From Alphaproteobacteria bacterium (GTDB lineage: Bacteria > Pseudomonadota > Alphaproteobacteria > UBA828): 64,000 nt of DNA. The number at the start of each line of letters is the position of its first letter. Position 1 is the stretch's first letter. The notes below the pieces were generated by a model, which had not been told where the DNA came from, ran no database searches, and saw nothing but the letters and a program-made list of their open reading frames with translations. The stretch spans positions 2,240,001 to 2,304,000 of the forward strand of contig CBDCCI010000002.1 of the NCBI GenBank assembly GCA_965214705.1. Direction: 5' to 3'. Positions 63,979-64,000 of this stretch are shown here, one piece after another. A program made the position numbers and the translations under genes.

Positions 63979-64000
63979 AGGGCCGGTCCCGGCCCTCCAG

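Larger units (their letters stand above)
17600..64000. mobile_element. Mosaic genomic island / integrative mobilizable element region (boundaries approximate; right end beyond window)
   Basis: Housekeeping genes stop at the 17.5-kb terminator; afterwards RHH proteins, relaxase, integrases, IS elements, defence genes, gene fragments and AT-richer patches. Confidence 0.7.

Overview
GC-rich alphaproteobacterial DNA (Rhodospirillales-like gene order; an inference). Bases 1-17.5 kb are housekeeping backbone: the end of a UbiB/ABC1 kinase, pntAA-pntAB-pntB, rpsU, purEK, a glutamine amidotransferase, a membrane spermidine-synthase-like protein next to a signal-peptide PIMT, acyl-CoA synthetase, sixA, ispB, DUF2007, a TrmN6-like methyltransferase, an S49 peptidase and an IorAB-type molybdoenzyme ending in a terminator. 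From about 17.6 kb to the end is a mosaic mobile island. It carries (i) an AT-rich oriT-like region, three RHH-type proteins and a DUF1173-like nuclease; (ii) a 14-kb sugar catabolic cluster built around a close levoglucosan dehydrogenase homologue, with a TIM-barrel eliminase-like protein, a GH50-like hydrolase, an alpha/beta hydrolase, an ABC transporter, three binding proteins and a ROK regulator; (iii) a MobF relaxase-helicase (1813 aa reconstructed) with C-terminal repeats, split by an IS1634-family element; (iv) a tandem pair of tyrosine integrases plus two decayed copies and att-like remnants; (v) defence cargo, namely an Arm-like-domain GTPase with an ApeA-like HEPN protein, a decayed PIN toxin-antitoxin pair, and an RHH-controlled m6A methyltransferase convergent with a PLD nuclease; (vi) an intact IS66 element; and (vii) SRAP and PAPS-reductase-like genes. 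The best candidates for undescribed systems are the GTPase-HEPN pair and the variant anhydrosugar pathway. All family assignments come from motif recognition by eye; no searches were run.
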